Source: an uncultured Candidatus Saccharibacteria bacterium
GTDB lineage: Bacteria > Patescibacteriota > Minisyncoccia > Phycocordibacterales > Phycocordibacteraceae
Reading direction: 5' to 3'
Length of the DNA stretch: 64,000 nt
Assembly: GCA_964546795.1 (NCBI GenBank)
Contig: CAZJKG010000003.1
Coordinates: 22,305-86,304, forward strand
A program made the translations under genes and the position numbers. Below, piece after piece: positions 20,380 through 28,703 of the stretch; position 1 is the first letter of the stretch; each line of letters opens with the position of its first letter. The notes below the pieces were generated by a model, which saw only the letters and a list, made by a program, of their open reading frames with translations, had not been told where the DNA came from and made no database searches.

Positions 20380-21528
20380 TCATTGCGTCCGGGAAGTCGC
20401 AAGCCGCTGCAGTATCTCGGTAAATGCCGCCGCATCACGGGCGATGACGAGCGTCGTCTGATTCCAGTATCCATAGAGAAGAACGCTTCGGCCCGCGGCG
20501 TCGCGGAACACGCGCACATCGTGATTGGCGACAACTTCATCCGCAAAGACAGGAATGGGTGCCGGAATGGACTTTGTTACTGGCGTCGCCGCACCTTTCG
20601 GCGTAGAGGTAGCGACTATCGAAGTCGCTACAAGAGATGTTGAAAGTCCCGTCGGGTAGGCGGGAAAGATTTTCTCAAGATCGCGCCGTATGAACGGTTC
20701 CCACGAGAGCATTCCTGAAAAGGTATTGCTGTAGGAAAGGACGGAAAGTATGAAGAATGGACTTTGACCATTTCCCACATTTCCGCCGGAGGCGGATCCG
20801 CCTCCGGCGTTCACGACGCCGGTCATACTGCCGACTGGGTTCACATTGCGCAGTAGAATATCCGGTGCCGACAGATGGAGCGCGGTAAAGACACTGTCGG
20901 CATTGGTCGTACTTGCTACATAAAGAAGTCGGACGGCACCACTCGGAAGCGGACGTTCGACTGACTGTTCAATTGCTTGCAAGAGAAGAGAACCGGTGCC
21001 GTAGATCTGTTCGCGATCATCCACGAATATCGGCGCCAATACGCTTGGTGCAAGAGTGATCGGTACAAAATTGGTAGCGTAACGCGTATATGCGATATAT
21101 ATGCCCGTCACTCCAACGAGAAGAAGTACGGCACCGGCAACGATGCGGATATTCCAATGAAACGTTTTCTCCGGAATCACTTGAGGAGTTTGGGGAGCGG
21201 CATCTTGCTCAGCCGCAAGCACGGTCGCTGTTGAAGCGCGTGTGTCTTTCATCCTTTGCGAAAAATCGGATGTGTACGTTTTTATGGGAGACGATTCCGG
21301 CGGCGCCGGCGCATAGACCGGTGGCTTGGGCATTTGTACCGGAGGCACGGGCGGGATCGGGGCCGGAAGCGGAGTTTGGGGTTGAGCCGCTGTCGGCGGC
21401 GCGAGCGGAACGAGTTCGGGCGTTCCCCCCTTCTTGAGGGTCTCCATATCGCCCGCGAACGTGCGGATATATTTTTCCGACAGTTCAGAGCCAGAAACAA
21501 CGTCCGGTTTTTTTTCGTTCGTGTCCAT
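20380..21528 (-). CDS. Hypothetical single-pass membrane protein with a Pro-rich N-terminal region
   Basis: 382 aa, TM helix IVAGAVLLLVGVTGIYIAY. Confidence 0.55.
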   Translation of the reverse strand: MDTNEKKPDVVSGSELSEKYIRTFAGDMETLKKGGTPELVPLAPPTAAQPQTPLPAPIPPVPPVQMPKPPVYAPAPPESSPIKTYTSDFSQRMKDTRASTATVLAAEQDAAPQTPQVIPEKTFHWNIRIVAGAVLLLVGVTGIYIAYTRYATNFVPITLAPSVLAPIFVDDREQIYGTGSLLLQAIEQSVERPLPSGAVRLLYVASTTNADSVFTALHLSAPDILLRNVNPVGSMTGVVNAGGGSASGGNVGNGQSPFFILSVLSYSNTFSGMLSWEPFIRRDLEKIFPAYPTGLSTSLVATSIVATSTPKGAATPVTKSIPAPIPVFADEVVANHDVRVFRDAAGRSVLLYGYWNQTTLVIARDAAAFTEILQRLATSRTQ

Positions 21529-21618
21529 TCGTTACCTATAGTAACGCATTTGGGACGCGATGAAGCGCGTTATCACTAACGAAAGCTCACGCGGCACATG
21601 TCCGCCCCGCAGAAGGTT

Positions 21619-22134
21619 CTAGCTGCGCGAGGAAATAGTGAATTTGCGAGGGTCGTCGCACATGTCGGTGAACGCGTGCGCCGCCTCTTTGAGTTTGCTT
21701 GAGGAGGACTTACCGAAGGAGATGACTTCCACTTGGCATCCTTCGTTCATATCGAGATATTGGATGAGCGGCACGAAGTCGCCGTCGCCCGTGACGAGAA
21801 CGACGGTATCGAGTTTCGGCGCGAGCTTGACCGCGTCGATCGCCAAACCGACGTCCCAGTCGGCCTTTTTCGCGCCATCGGCAAAGATCTGAAGATCTTT
21901 CACTTTCGTCTCAATGCCCATCTTGGTGAGCGCCTCGAAGAAGTTCTTTTCCTCGCCGCTCTCAGTCGAAATAACGTACGCGATGGCGCGCACAAGGATG
22001 CGGCCGCCGACGGCCTCCTCAAGGATCTTCCCGAAGTTAACGCGGGCTTTGTAGAGATGTTTCGCACTGTGATAGAGATTCTGCGTATCGATGAATACAC
22101 CGATGCGCTGTGCTGGATGTTTGATAACTGCCAT
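21619..22134 (-). CDS. NYN-domain (LabA-like) protein
   Basis: IGVFIDTQNLYHSAKH...VLVTGDGDFVPLIQYL, typical of the NYN/PIN-like fold. Confidence 0.8.
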   Translation of the reverse strand: MAVIKHPAQRIGVFIDTQNLYHSAKHLYKARVNFGKILEEAVGGRILVRAIAYVISTESGEEKNFFEALTKMGIETKVKDLQIFADGAKKADWDVGLAIDAVKLAPKLDTVVLVTGDGDFVPLIQYLDMNEGCQVEVISFGKSSSSKLKEAAHAFTDMCDDPRKFTISSRS

Positions 22135-22356
22135 AAAAATAAATACTTATGAAAACAAAATAATAAAACGTAGTGTTCTTTCGTCGACAAACGAATAGGG
22201 CTACTTTCCCATGATACCACCGATTTCTCCTTAAAAGCTTTGCCAAAAGGTATCGGATGCAAGGCGTGGGGAAGCGATTTCTAGAGACGTACTTTGTGGT
22301 ACGACGAAAGAAATCGCAGGGACCCGCAACGCCGCAGGCGAAGCTTTTCGCGAAGC

Positions 22357-22623
22357 TTACTTCTTCAGTCCGAGTTTCTTGATAAGTGCGCTGTAGCGAT
22401 GCTTGTTGTTCGTCTCAAGATAGCGCAGATGCGTACGGCGATCAGCGACCATCTGGAGAAGACCGCGACGGGAATGAAAATCCTTCGGGTTCTTCTTGAG
22501 ATGCTTTGCGAGCTCGTCTATCTGCTTCGAAAGAAGTGCAACCTGTACGTCCGGCGAGCCAGTGTCCGCAGAGTGCCGGGCGGTATTCTTGATGACCGCC
22601 GCCTTTTTCTTAGTGGTAAGCAT
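22357..22623 (-). CDS. rpsO: 30S ribosomal protein S15
   Basis: Only the last 88 aa of the long ORF-track entry are S15 (MLTTKKK...HSRRGLLQMVADRRTHLRYL...LGLKK). The start is at the ATG at 22621-22623. Confidence 0.92.
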   Translation of the reverse strand: MLTTKKKAAVIKNTARHSADTGSPDVQVALLSKQIDELAKHLKKNPKDFHSRRGLLQMVADRRTHLRYLETNNKHRYSALIKKLGLKK

Positions 22624-22907
22624 AGGTACGACTACCCTACCACGTCTTGTGAAAATACACAAGTTTTGTGTAATCACGAAGATGCCGTTGGAATCAGTTT
22701 CGAGAGTTTGTTTGAGCAAGGACTTTGAGCAAGGACTACCCTTGCTCAAAACTCTCACCCTCGGGCTTGCGGACAAACTACCCGAAGCCGTAACCTCGAA
22801 TGTTCCGTTTGTCGTAAGTATTATAAAGGAAAGACCCCCACGCGGTGAAGTGTGGGGGTCACGATCGGAGAGTGTCAAAGTTCCAAAGGGACAAGAGTCC
22901 CAAGGTT

Positions 22908-23546
22908 CTAAGACACAGAGACCTTGCGAACGGCGAGAAAGCGACAGAGCGGAGAACAGCCGCGGTCGAACGAATGCAGGAAGAGGTAACGCTTGGACCC
23001 GACCTTGCCGAGGCAGGGCACGCTGCGAGAGCCAAGGACCTCCGCGACCGAACCGAGACCGACGATCGGGAACTTGCGCTGCTCTTCCGGGAAGGTTTTC
23101 CCGTCGGAGAGCACGTGTTCGATCTTGGCTGCGGACCAAGGGTTCGAGGAATCCTCCGCTTCGATTTCCTTGATCGCATTCTTCGAGGAGATGTCGCGAT
23201 CGAAGTGGAAGTGGCGGGCCTCGAACTCGACGACGCCTTTGCCCGTGATAGGAAAATGCTTGGCGGTGATGTCGTCGCTCTTCCAGTCGTAGTGACCGGC
23301 GGCGATCATCTGCTCGAGCGATTGCCCGTAGTCGACCGTGAGACGGAAGACATCGGGGACGAGAACGCCGAGCTTGAGCGCAGCGCGGAAGGCATCGCGA
23401 TCGTCGAACTTGGCCGCGGGGTCGAACACGTCGGCAAGGATGCCGGACGCGATCGCCCGTTGAACCGATTCTGGGGTAGCGTGCTTTTGCTCCAGGGTCG
23501 TGAGGAGCTTGAGGAGCTGACCTCCTCTCATGAGTATCTGTTCCAT
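22908..23546 (-). CDS. Hypothetical protein (212 aa) in a locally high-GC (about 63%) segment
   Basis: MEQILMRGGQLLKLL.... No family recognised. The C-terminal ~40 aa are Cys/Arg-rich and may be read-through. Confidence 0.45.
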   Translation of the reverse strand: MEQILMRGGQLLKLLTTLEQKHATPESVQRAIASGILADVFDPAAKFDDRDAFRAALKLGVLVPDVFRLTVDYGQSLEQMIAAGHYDWKSDDITAKHFPITGKGVVEFEARHFHFDRDISSKNAIKEIEAEDSSNPWSAAKIEHVLSDGKTFPEEQRKFPIVGLGSVAEVLGSRSVPCLGKVGSKRYLFLHSFDRGCSPLCRFLAVRKVSVS

Positions 23547-23784
23547 GTGGATTCCCTCCAGTATGGATGAGTAGACGCTGTCCCGAGGATTCGGGGAGCG
23601 GCTAGAGAGCGTCCCGGGTGATTCCGGTTCGCCATAGCGAGGAAAGGCCTATACAAGCCGCTCTTCGCTATGGCGAATTCGCAAGGTATTCAAGGATCTG
23701 AAACTTACGATTATAATACATGAGTTGACTATATTGTCAAGCACCCGCGGCCGCGCGCACTGCATCAAATGCTAGAATAGGGAC

Positions 23785-24711
23785 ATGAACGCCGAAACGG
23801 CAAAGCGGCAATTTCTCGAGTACATTGAGATAGAGCGCGGGCGCGCCGTAAAGACGATAGAGAATTATGATCGTTATCTTACCCGCTACTTCGCACAGAT
23901 GCAGATAAAAAACGTCAGCGACATCACCGAACAAAATGTCCGCGAATTCCGCCTTTGGCTCAATCGGCAGCCGGGTACGGCTGCCGATTCCATGAAGCGC
24001 CGGACCCAGAATTACTACATGATCGCACTGCGTGCATTTCTCAAGTTTCTCCGCAAGCGCGATATTGCCGCCATTTCCCCGGAAAAGATAGAGTTGGCGA
24101 AACTCCCCGAGCGCCAGCTTGATCTCATTACCTCCGCTGAACTTGACCGACTTATGCGCGCACCCGGAGAGGCATTGGCGAAAGAAACCGATGAGAACAA
24201 GAAAATCCAATTCCTACGAGATCGCGCTATCCTGGAACTCCTCTTCTCAACCGGCCTGCGCGTGTCCGAACTCTGCGCGCTAAACTCCGATATTGATCTG
24301 ACGCGCGATGAGTTGTCGGTGCGCGGCAAAGGCGAAAAAGTTCGCGTCGTCTTCCTCTCCCCTACTGCCAAAGAAGCGGTCCGCGACTATCTCAAAGCCA
24401 GAAAAGATATGGAGGAAGCGCTCTTTGTCGATGGACGGCCGAACAAATTGCATCGCATCATCCCACGGGATATCCAACGGCACTTAAAATCGTACGTCGC
24501 GCGTGCTGGCATTACGAACGTCGTCACGCCGCACACACTTCGCCACGCATTTGCCACCGATTTGCTCAGTAACGGCGCCGATATCCGCTCGGTCCAACAG
24601 CTTCTCGGCCACGCTTCCATCAACACGACCCAGATCTACACGCACATTACGGATTCCCACCTCCGCGAAATTCATAAAAAATTCCACAGCCGAAATCGCG
24701 ATTCAAATTAA
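23785..24711 (+). CDS. xerC: Tyrosine site-specific recombinase, XerC/XerD family
   Basis: N-terminal SAM-like domain; catalytic R...HxxR...Y with LLGHASINTTQIYTH. Confidence 0.9.
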   Translation: MNAETAKRQFLEYIEIERGRAVKTIENYDRYLTRYFAQMQIKNVSDITEQNVREFRLWLNRQPGTAADSMKRRTQNYYMIALRAFLKFLRKRDIAAISPEKIELAKLPERQLDLITSAELDRLMRAPGEALAKETDENKKIQFLRDRAILELLFSTGLRVSELCALNSDIDLTRDELSVRGKGEKVRVVFLSPTAKEAVRDYLKARKDMEEALFVDGRPNKLHRIIPRDIQRHLKSYVARAGITNVVTPHTLRHAFATDLLSNGADIRSVQQLLGHASINTTQIYTHITDSHLREIHKKFHSRNRDSN

Positions 24712-24748
24712 ACCTTCAAGCCCCCAATTGATGGTATAGAATAGCTCC

Positions 24749-25516
24749 ATGAGGATTGTTTCGTGGAATGTGAACGGGTTGCGGTCGCTCGCGAATAATG
24801 GCTATTGGGAATCGTTTTTGAAGGGTACCAAGCCCGATATTTTCTGCCTCCAAGAGACCAAAGCCAGCCCGGAACAAGTATCGGAAGAGATGCTCTCCCC
24901 TGCCGGATTCTCATCGTTCTTTTCATCCTCGCAGGTGCGGAAGGGCTACAGCGGTGTTGCTATCTATTCAAAGATTGAGCCCTTGTCTGTTATCTACGGT
25001 ATGGGAATAAAGGAGTTTGACCAAGAAGGACGTCTTGTCGGAGCTGAATATGATGATTTCTGGCTATTGAATGTCTACTTCCCCAACGGCGGACAGGGAC
25101 CCGAACGCCTTGATTACAAGATGCGTTTTTATGACGCTTTTCTCGTTTTCGCAGAAAAATTGCGGGGGAAAAAGCCGGTGATATTTTGCGGGGATGTGAA
25201 CACTGCCCATGAGGAAATAGACCTCGCAAGACCCAAAGAGAATGAAGAGAATACGGGCTTTTTGCCGAAGGAGCGCGCCTGGATAGATGAGGTCGTCAGC
25301 GCCGGTTACCTTGACTCATTCAGGCATTTTCACCCTCATACAGAAAATGCCTATACATATTGGGATATGAAGACGCGCGCGCGGGACAGGAATGTCGGTT
25401 GGCGAATTGATTATTTCTTTGTTACAAACGAATTCATAAAGCATGTCAAGAAGGCGGAGATATATGGTGATATCTACGGTTCCGACCACTGCCCCCTCTC
25501 CATCAGCATTGCGTAA
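24749..25516 (+). CDS. xth: Exodeoxyribonuclease III
   Basis: MRIVSWNVNGLR...CLQETK...SDHCPL. Confidence 0.92.
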   Translation: MRIVSWNVNGLRSLANNGYWESFLKGTKPDIFCLQETKASPEQVSEEMLSPAGFSSFFSSSQVRKGYSGVAIYSKIEPLSVIYGMGIKEFDQEGRLVGAEYDDFWLLNVYFPNGGQGPERLDYKMRFYDAFLVFAEKLRGKKPVIFCGDVNTAHEEIDLARPKENEENTGFLPKERAWIDEVVSAGYLDSFRHFHPHTENAYTYWDMKTRARDRNVGWRIDYFFVTNEFIKHVKKAEIYGDIYGSDHCPLSISIA

Positions 25517-25804
25517 AGGACATTATCCACATATCGTCCTTTACTTTGTCCTTTATAGATATATGCTCAACAAAGGACGGGATGTACCTTCTTGATCTTT
25601 CCATCGGCATCAGGGCGCTATCTCACGAGTGCCTGCCTGCGCTGCGGCGATCCGCGATACAAGCCACTCGGCACGGTATCCCGACGTAGAAAAGCGCTAG
25701 AAGTATGCAAACAAGCCACCCCCTTTCTCAGGCGGGAGACACCATCTTACGCCCCTGCTCCTTTTCGTCTCTTGCCACCAACGGGTGGCTTTGTTGTTTC
25801 TATA

Positions 25805-25822
25805 ATGTTCCACGTGGAACAT
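25805..25822. promoter_or_regulatory. 18-bp perfect palindrome ATGTTCCACGTGGAACAT overlapping a TATAAT hexamer
   Basis: Read directly from the sequence. Lies in a 384-bp spacer between convergent genes. Confidence 0.3.
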
Positions 25823-25900
25823 ATTTCACACATAACTTTTTGACTCAAAACAATTCAATCCCTCGATTGACTCGGGATTTCGAGCCGTTCTGAACGGCTC

Positions 25901-27364
25901 TCAACACACGTGATGTTTTTCCATTATATGCTTTATTTCCTCATCTTCTGCGGCTTCCCTGCGCTTTTTCCCTTCCTCACCAAGTTTCTGTAACTCTTCT
26001 TCCGGCATTTTGAGAAGTTCTTCGGTCTTTTTATCCAGGTATTCCTTATTATTTAAAGCCGGATCATCAAGAACCTCCTCAAGGAGAGCATGGAGTGTAT
26101 ATCCTATTTTTCGCCCAGGTTTCTCGTTGAATGTGTCCATGATGTGCTTCCCATCGGTCTTGAGCATAGCGACTGAAATAGGGTCCCTGAGCGCCTGATC
26201 AACCATTGCCTTATATTTACGGAAGCGGAATGGCTGTTCCTTGGGCCGCCCGGTCCCGATACGGTCGCAAATACGGAGGTTAAGTAGGTCCATTATATTC
26301 TCTTCTCCGACATTCTTTATCATGCGGCGCACTGCGGAGAGGGTAATTTGTTCGGGATCCGAAAAAAACATGTGCCAACGCACCAGTTTTACTGTCTTAT
26401 CTATTGTTTCCCGTGAAAAATGCATGTCTTCAAGAGCTTTCTTTGTTACACGTGAACCAACAACTTCATGCCCATGGAAGGTCCAGTCCTTTTTTTCTTC
26501 AGACCAGCGACGTGTCTCCGGTTTAGAAATGTCGTGATAGAGGCCGGCAAGGCGGATGTCAAATCCCCACTCTTTATCAGCCGCATGCTGCATCGTGCGG
26601 AGATTGTGTCCGAAAACATCATATGAATGTGCCTGATTCTGCTCAACACCAATGCCGCGAATAAGATCAGGGACAATGAATTCAAGTATGTTGAGTTGCT
26701 GAGCGAGAACAAGAGCATTCATCGGCTGACTTGAATTTAATATCCTGACAAACTCGTCCCTAATTCTTTCACGTGAAACATGGCTTAAATGCTTGCTATT
26801 TTCGCTTATCGCTTTTGCCGTTGCGTCATCTATGCCGAAACCGAGTTCGGCAATCAACCGGACCGCACGAAGCATGCGTAACGCGTCTTCGTTGAAGCGT
26901 TCCGAGGCGGTGCCGACCGCCCGCACTATCTTGTCCTTTATGTCCTTTTGACCGCCATAGGGATCAATAATGTGTCCTTTAGAATCATCAAGTGCGATGG
27001 CATTTATGGTGAAGTCGCGGCGCGCGAGGTCTTCCGGAAGGGAAGTACCAAACTCTACTTTGTCCGGCCGGCGCTTGTCGGAATAGGCGGACTCGGTGCG
27101 ATAGGGAGTTACCTCAACGATAGCGAGACGTGAGTCCTCTGAATCCGTCTTCACTCCGACCGTGCCGTAATCATTTTCGTAGAAAGAATCAGGGAATACG
27201 GCTTGGATCTGCTCCGGCGTTGCATTGGTGGTGATGTCCCAATCCTTGGGCTGTATGCCGATAATAAGATCGCGCACGCATCCGCCGACAAGATAGGATT
27301 CAAATCCCGCCTGCCGAAGACCGCTTGAGACCGTTGAAACCTCTTTGGGAACGCGATACTCCAT
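25901..27364 (-). CDS. cca: CCA-adding tRNA nucleotidyltransferase with an HD domain
   Basis: GGCVRDLIIG...DWDI pol-beta head motif, HD domain HDISK. The start is taken at MEYRVPKEV; 27388 is an alternative. Confidence 0.88.
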   Translation of the reverse strand: MEYRVPKEVSTVSSGLRQAGFESYLVGGCVRDLIIGIQPKDWDITTNATPEQIQAVFPDSFYENDYGTVGVKTDSEDSRLAIVEVTPYRTESAYSDKRRPDKVEFGTSLPEDLARRDFTINAIALDDSKGHIIDPYGGQKDIKDKIVRAVGTASERFNEDALRMLRAVRLIAELGFGIDDATAKAISENSKHLSHVSRERIRDEFVRILNSSQPMNALVLAQQLNILEFIVPDLIRGIGVEQNQAHSYDVFGHNLRTMQHAADKEWGFDIRLAGLYHDISKPETRRWSEEKKDWTFHGHEVVGSRVTKKALEDMHFSRETIDKTVKLVRWHMFFSDPEQITLSAVRRMIKNVGEENIMDLLNLRICDRIGTGRPKEQPFRFRKYKAMVDQALRDPISVAMLKTDGKHIMDTFNEKPGRKIGYTLHALLEEVLDDPALNNKEYLDKKTEELLKMPEEELQKLGEEGKKRREAAEDEEIKHIMEKHHVC

Positions 27365-27439
27365 GAGCGAATCGTACCACACGAGCACACGAAGAGATGC
27401 TCTCGTGTCTCGGCTCGCTTGGTAGTACTATGCAACTAC

Positions 27440-27511
27440 GCCCTCGTGGTGAAACGGATATCACAACAGTCTTCGGAACTGTAGGTCCGGGTTCGATTCC
27501 TGGCGAGGGCA
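27440..27511 (+). tRNA. tRNA-Arg (anticodon TCG)
   Basis: Cloverleaf folded by hand. Acceptor GCCCTCG/CGAGGGC, anticodon loop CTTCGGA, T-loop TTCGATT. No encoded CCA. Confidence 0.85.
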
Positions 27512-27552
27512 CTGGAAATGAAAATGAGCGACATGCTATCATGTCGCCTAGC

Positions 27553-27623
27553 GCGGGTATGGTTCAATGGTAGAACATCTGGTTGCCAATCAGATGATGG
27601 GAGTTCGATTCTCCCTACCCGCA
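27553..27623 (+). tRNA. tRNA-Gly (anticodon GCC)
   Basis: Acceptor GCGGGTA/TACCCGC, anticodon loop TTGCCAA, T-arm GGGAG-TTCGATT-CTCCC. Confidence 0.85.
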
Positions 27624-27666
27624 CAAATTGAAAAGCCCTTTGGGGCTTTTTCAATTTGTGCGGGTA
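27616..27666. terminator. 51-bp near-perfect palindrome starting inside the tRNA-Gly 3' acceptor strand; bidirectional-terminator-like
   Basis: TACCCGCACAAATTGAAAAGCCC-TTTG-GGGCTTTTTCAATTTGTGCGGGTA, about 23-bp arms with a T-run after the GC core. Confidence 0.55.
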
Positions 27667-27689
27667 AGCAGGCCAACTGCTTGGCCTGC

Positions 27690-27815
27690 GGGGGAGAATC
27701 GAAAGCCGGAGCATGTTTCGTTTCTGAACGAAATGGCGAGGCGGGGTCGCGGATACTTAGCGAGTCCTCGAGCTTAGTAAACCGTGACCGAAACTGTAAT
27801 CAGGGTTCTCCCGCA
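27690..27815 (+). ncRNA. Candidate structured RNA of unknown class
   Basis: A long-range closing helix (GCGGGGGAGAA paired with TTCTCCCGC) encloses several local hairpins, for example TTTCGTT-TCTG-AACGAAA. Contains no ORF. Strand and identity are uncertain. Confidence 0.3.
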
Positions 27816-28188
27816 CAGAAACAATGAGTGATGACGAACGAATTATTCGTGGCCGAAAGTGTAATCATGGTTTCATCGCATGCAATTTGACTTCTCACCG
27901 ACTTTTTTGTTAAAAAACTAACTATATAAGCTATTTTTGCGATAAAAAGCTTCTGTGGTGAAGTGTTGATAAAGGTGTTTACACTGGGGATAAAAGACAT
28001 GCGTCTGATAGCGTTTTTCTGAGGCAGTCCTAGAGTATACTGAGCAAATGAGCCATATTTCTAAAGGCCGTGCCCGGTAGGACAAAATGGCATTGTGTCT
28101 TCATACTTCAAAATATGATTTGCTCGTGTTCCGCGTATGCGTAACAATAAGACTATGACACTTACTAACATGGCGGACACTGAGAGTA

Positions 28189-28608
28189 ATGCCATCTTGT
28201 ACTGACCGGGCCGTGGACTTATCTTCTAGGACTCGCAAAGAAGTCGGTGCTTTGGGAGAAAAAGCGGCGGCTGAGTACTTCAAACGGCACGGATTTTCCA
28301 TTCGCGACCGCAATGTTGCGCGCAAGACCGGAGAACTTGATCTCATCATGGAGAAAGACGGTACGCTGCATTTTATTGAAGTGAAGACAATGCTCACGGA
28401 TGAATTCCCAAAAGAGGGGAACATTGAAGACGATTACGATCCATCATTCAACCTCCATGAAGCGAAGGTTCGGAAGGTCGCACGGACAGGAGAATGGTAC
28501 GCCGTTGAGAAAGAATGGGAAGGGGAGTGGCAGGTTGACGGATGTCTTGTATGGCTCCGCCGTCGGGACGGCATGGCACGGATCAGATACCTGCCACAAA
28601 TCGTCTAA
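28189..28608 (+). CDS. yraN: YraN/UPF0102 family endonuclease
   Basis: GE.AA..YL...G..I...N.R...GELDLI...DGTLHFIEVKT, matching the YraN pattern. Confidence 0.75.
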   Translation: MPSCTDRAVDLSSRTRKEVGALGEKAAAEYFKRHGFSIRDRNVARKTGELDLIMEKDGTLHFIEVKTMLTDEFPKEGNIEDDYDPSFNLHEAKVRKVARTGEWYAVEKEWEGEWQVDGCLVWLRRRDGMARIRYLPQIV

Positions 28609-28628
28609 AGCTGTTACGATGCAACGAA

Positions 28629-28699
28629 CGGGCCGGAGTATGCCGGTAGTACACTTGCTTTGGGAGCAAGCAGACCGAGTTCAATTCTCGGCGGCCCGA
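28629..28699 (+). tRNA. tRNA-Pro (anticodon TGG)
   Basis: Acceptor CGGGCCG/CGGCCCG, anticodon loop TTTGGGA, T-arm CCGAG-TTCAATT-CTCGG. Confidence 0.8.
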
Positions 28700-28703
28700 T
28701 AAT

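Noticed and set aside
22357-23139. 260-aa minus-strand ORF listed in the track as one protein
   Set aside because: Only the last 88 residues (from MLTTKKK) are ribosomal protein S15. The upstream 170 codons are stop-free read-through of a GC-rich leader with Arg/Pro/Ser-rich junk translation.
22845-23570. 241-aa plus-strand ORF
   Set aside because: It is antisense to the more protein-like minus-strand ORF 22908..23546. Its R/D/E/G/L-rich composition is typical of a high-GC antisense frame.
25517-25900. tmRNA or a tRNA in the long xth-cca spacer
   Set aside because: No T-loop (GGTTCGANTCC) or acceptor-stem pairing could be found on either strand.
27690-27900. RNase P RNA or 4.5S/SRP RNA call for the structured region after tRNA-Gly
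   Set aside because: Only loose resemblances were seen (GAAAGCCGGAGC to the P4 region; GTTCTCCCGC to 4.5S). The region is too short for RNase P RNA and lacks the SRP domain IV motif. It is left as an unclassified candidate.
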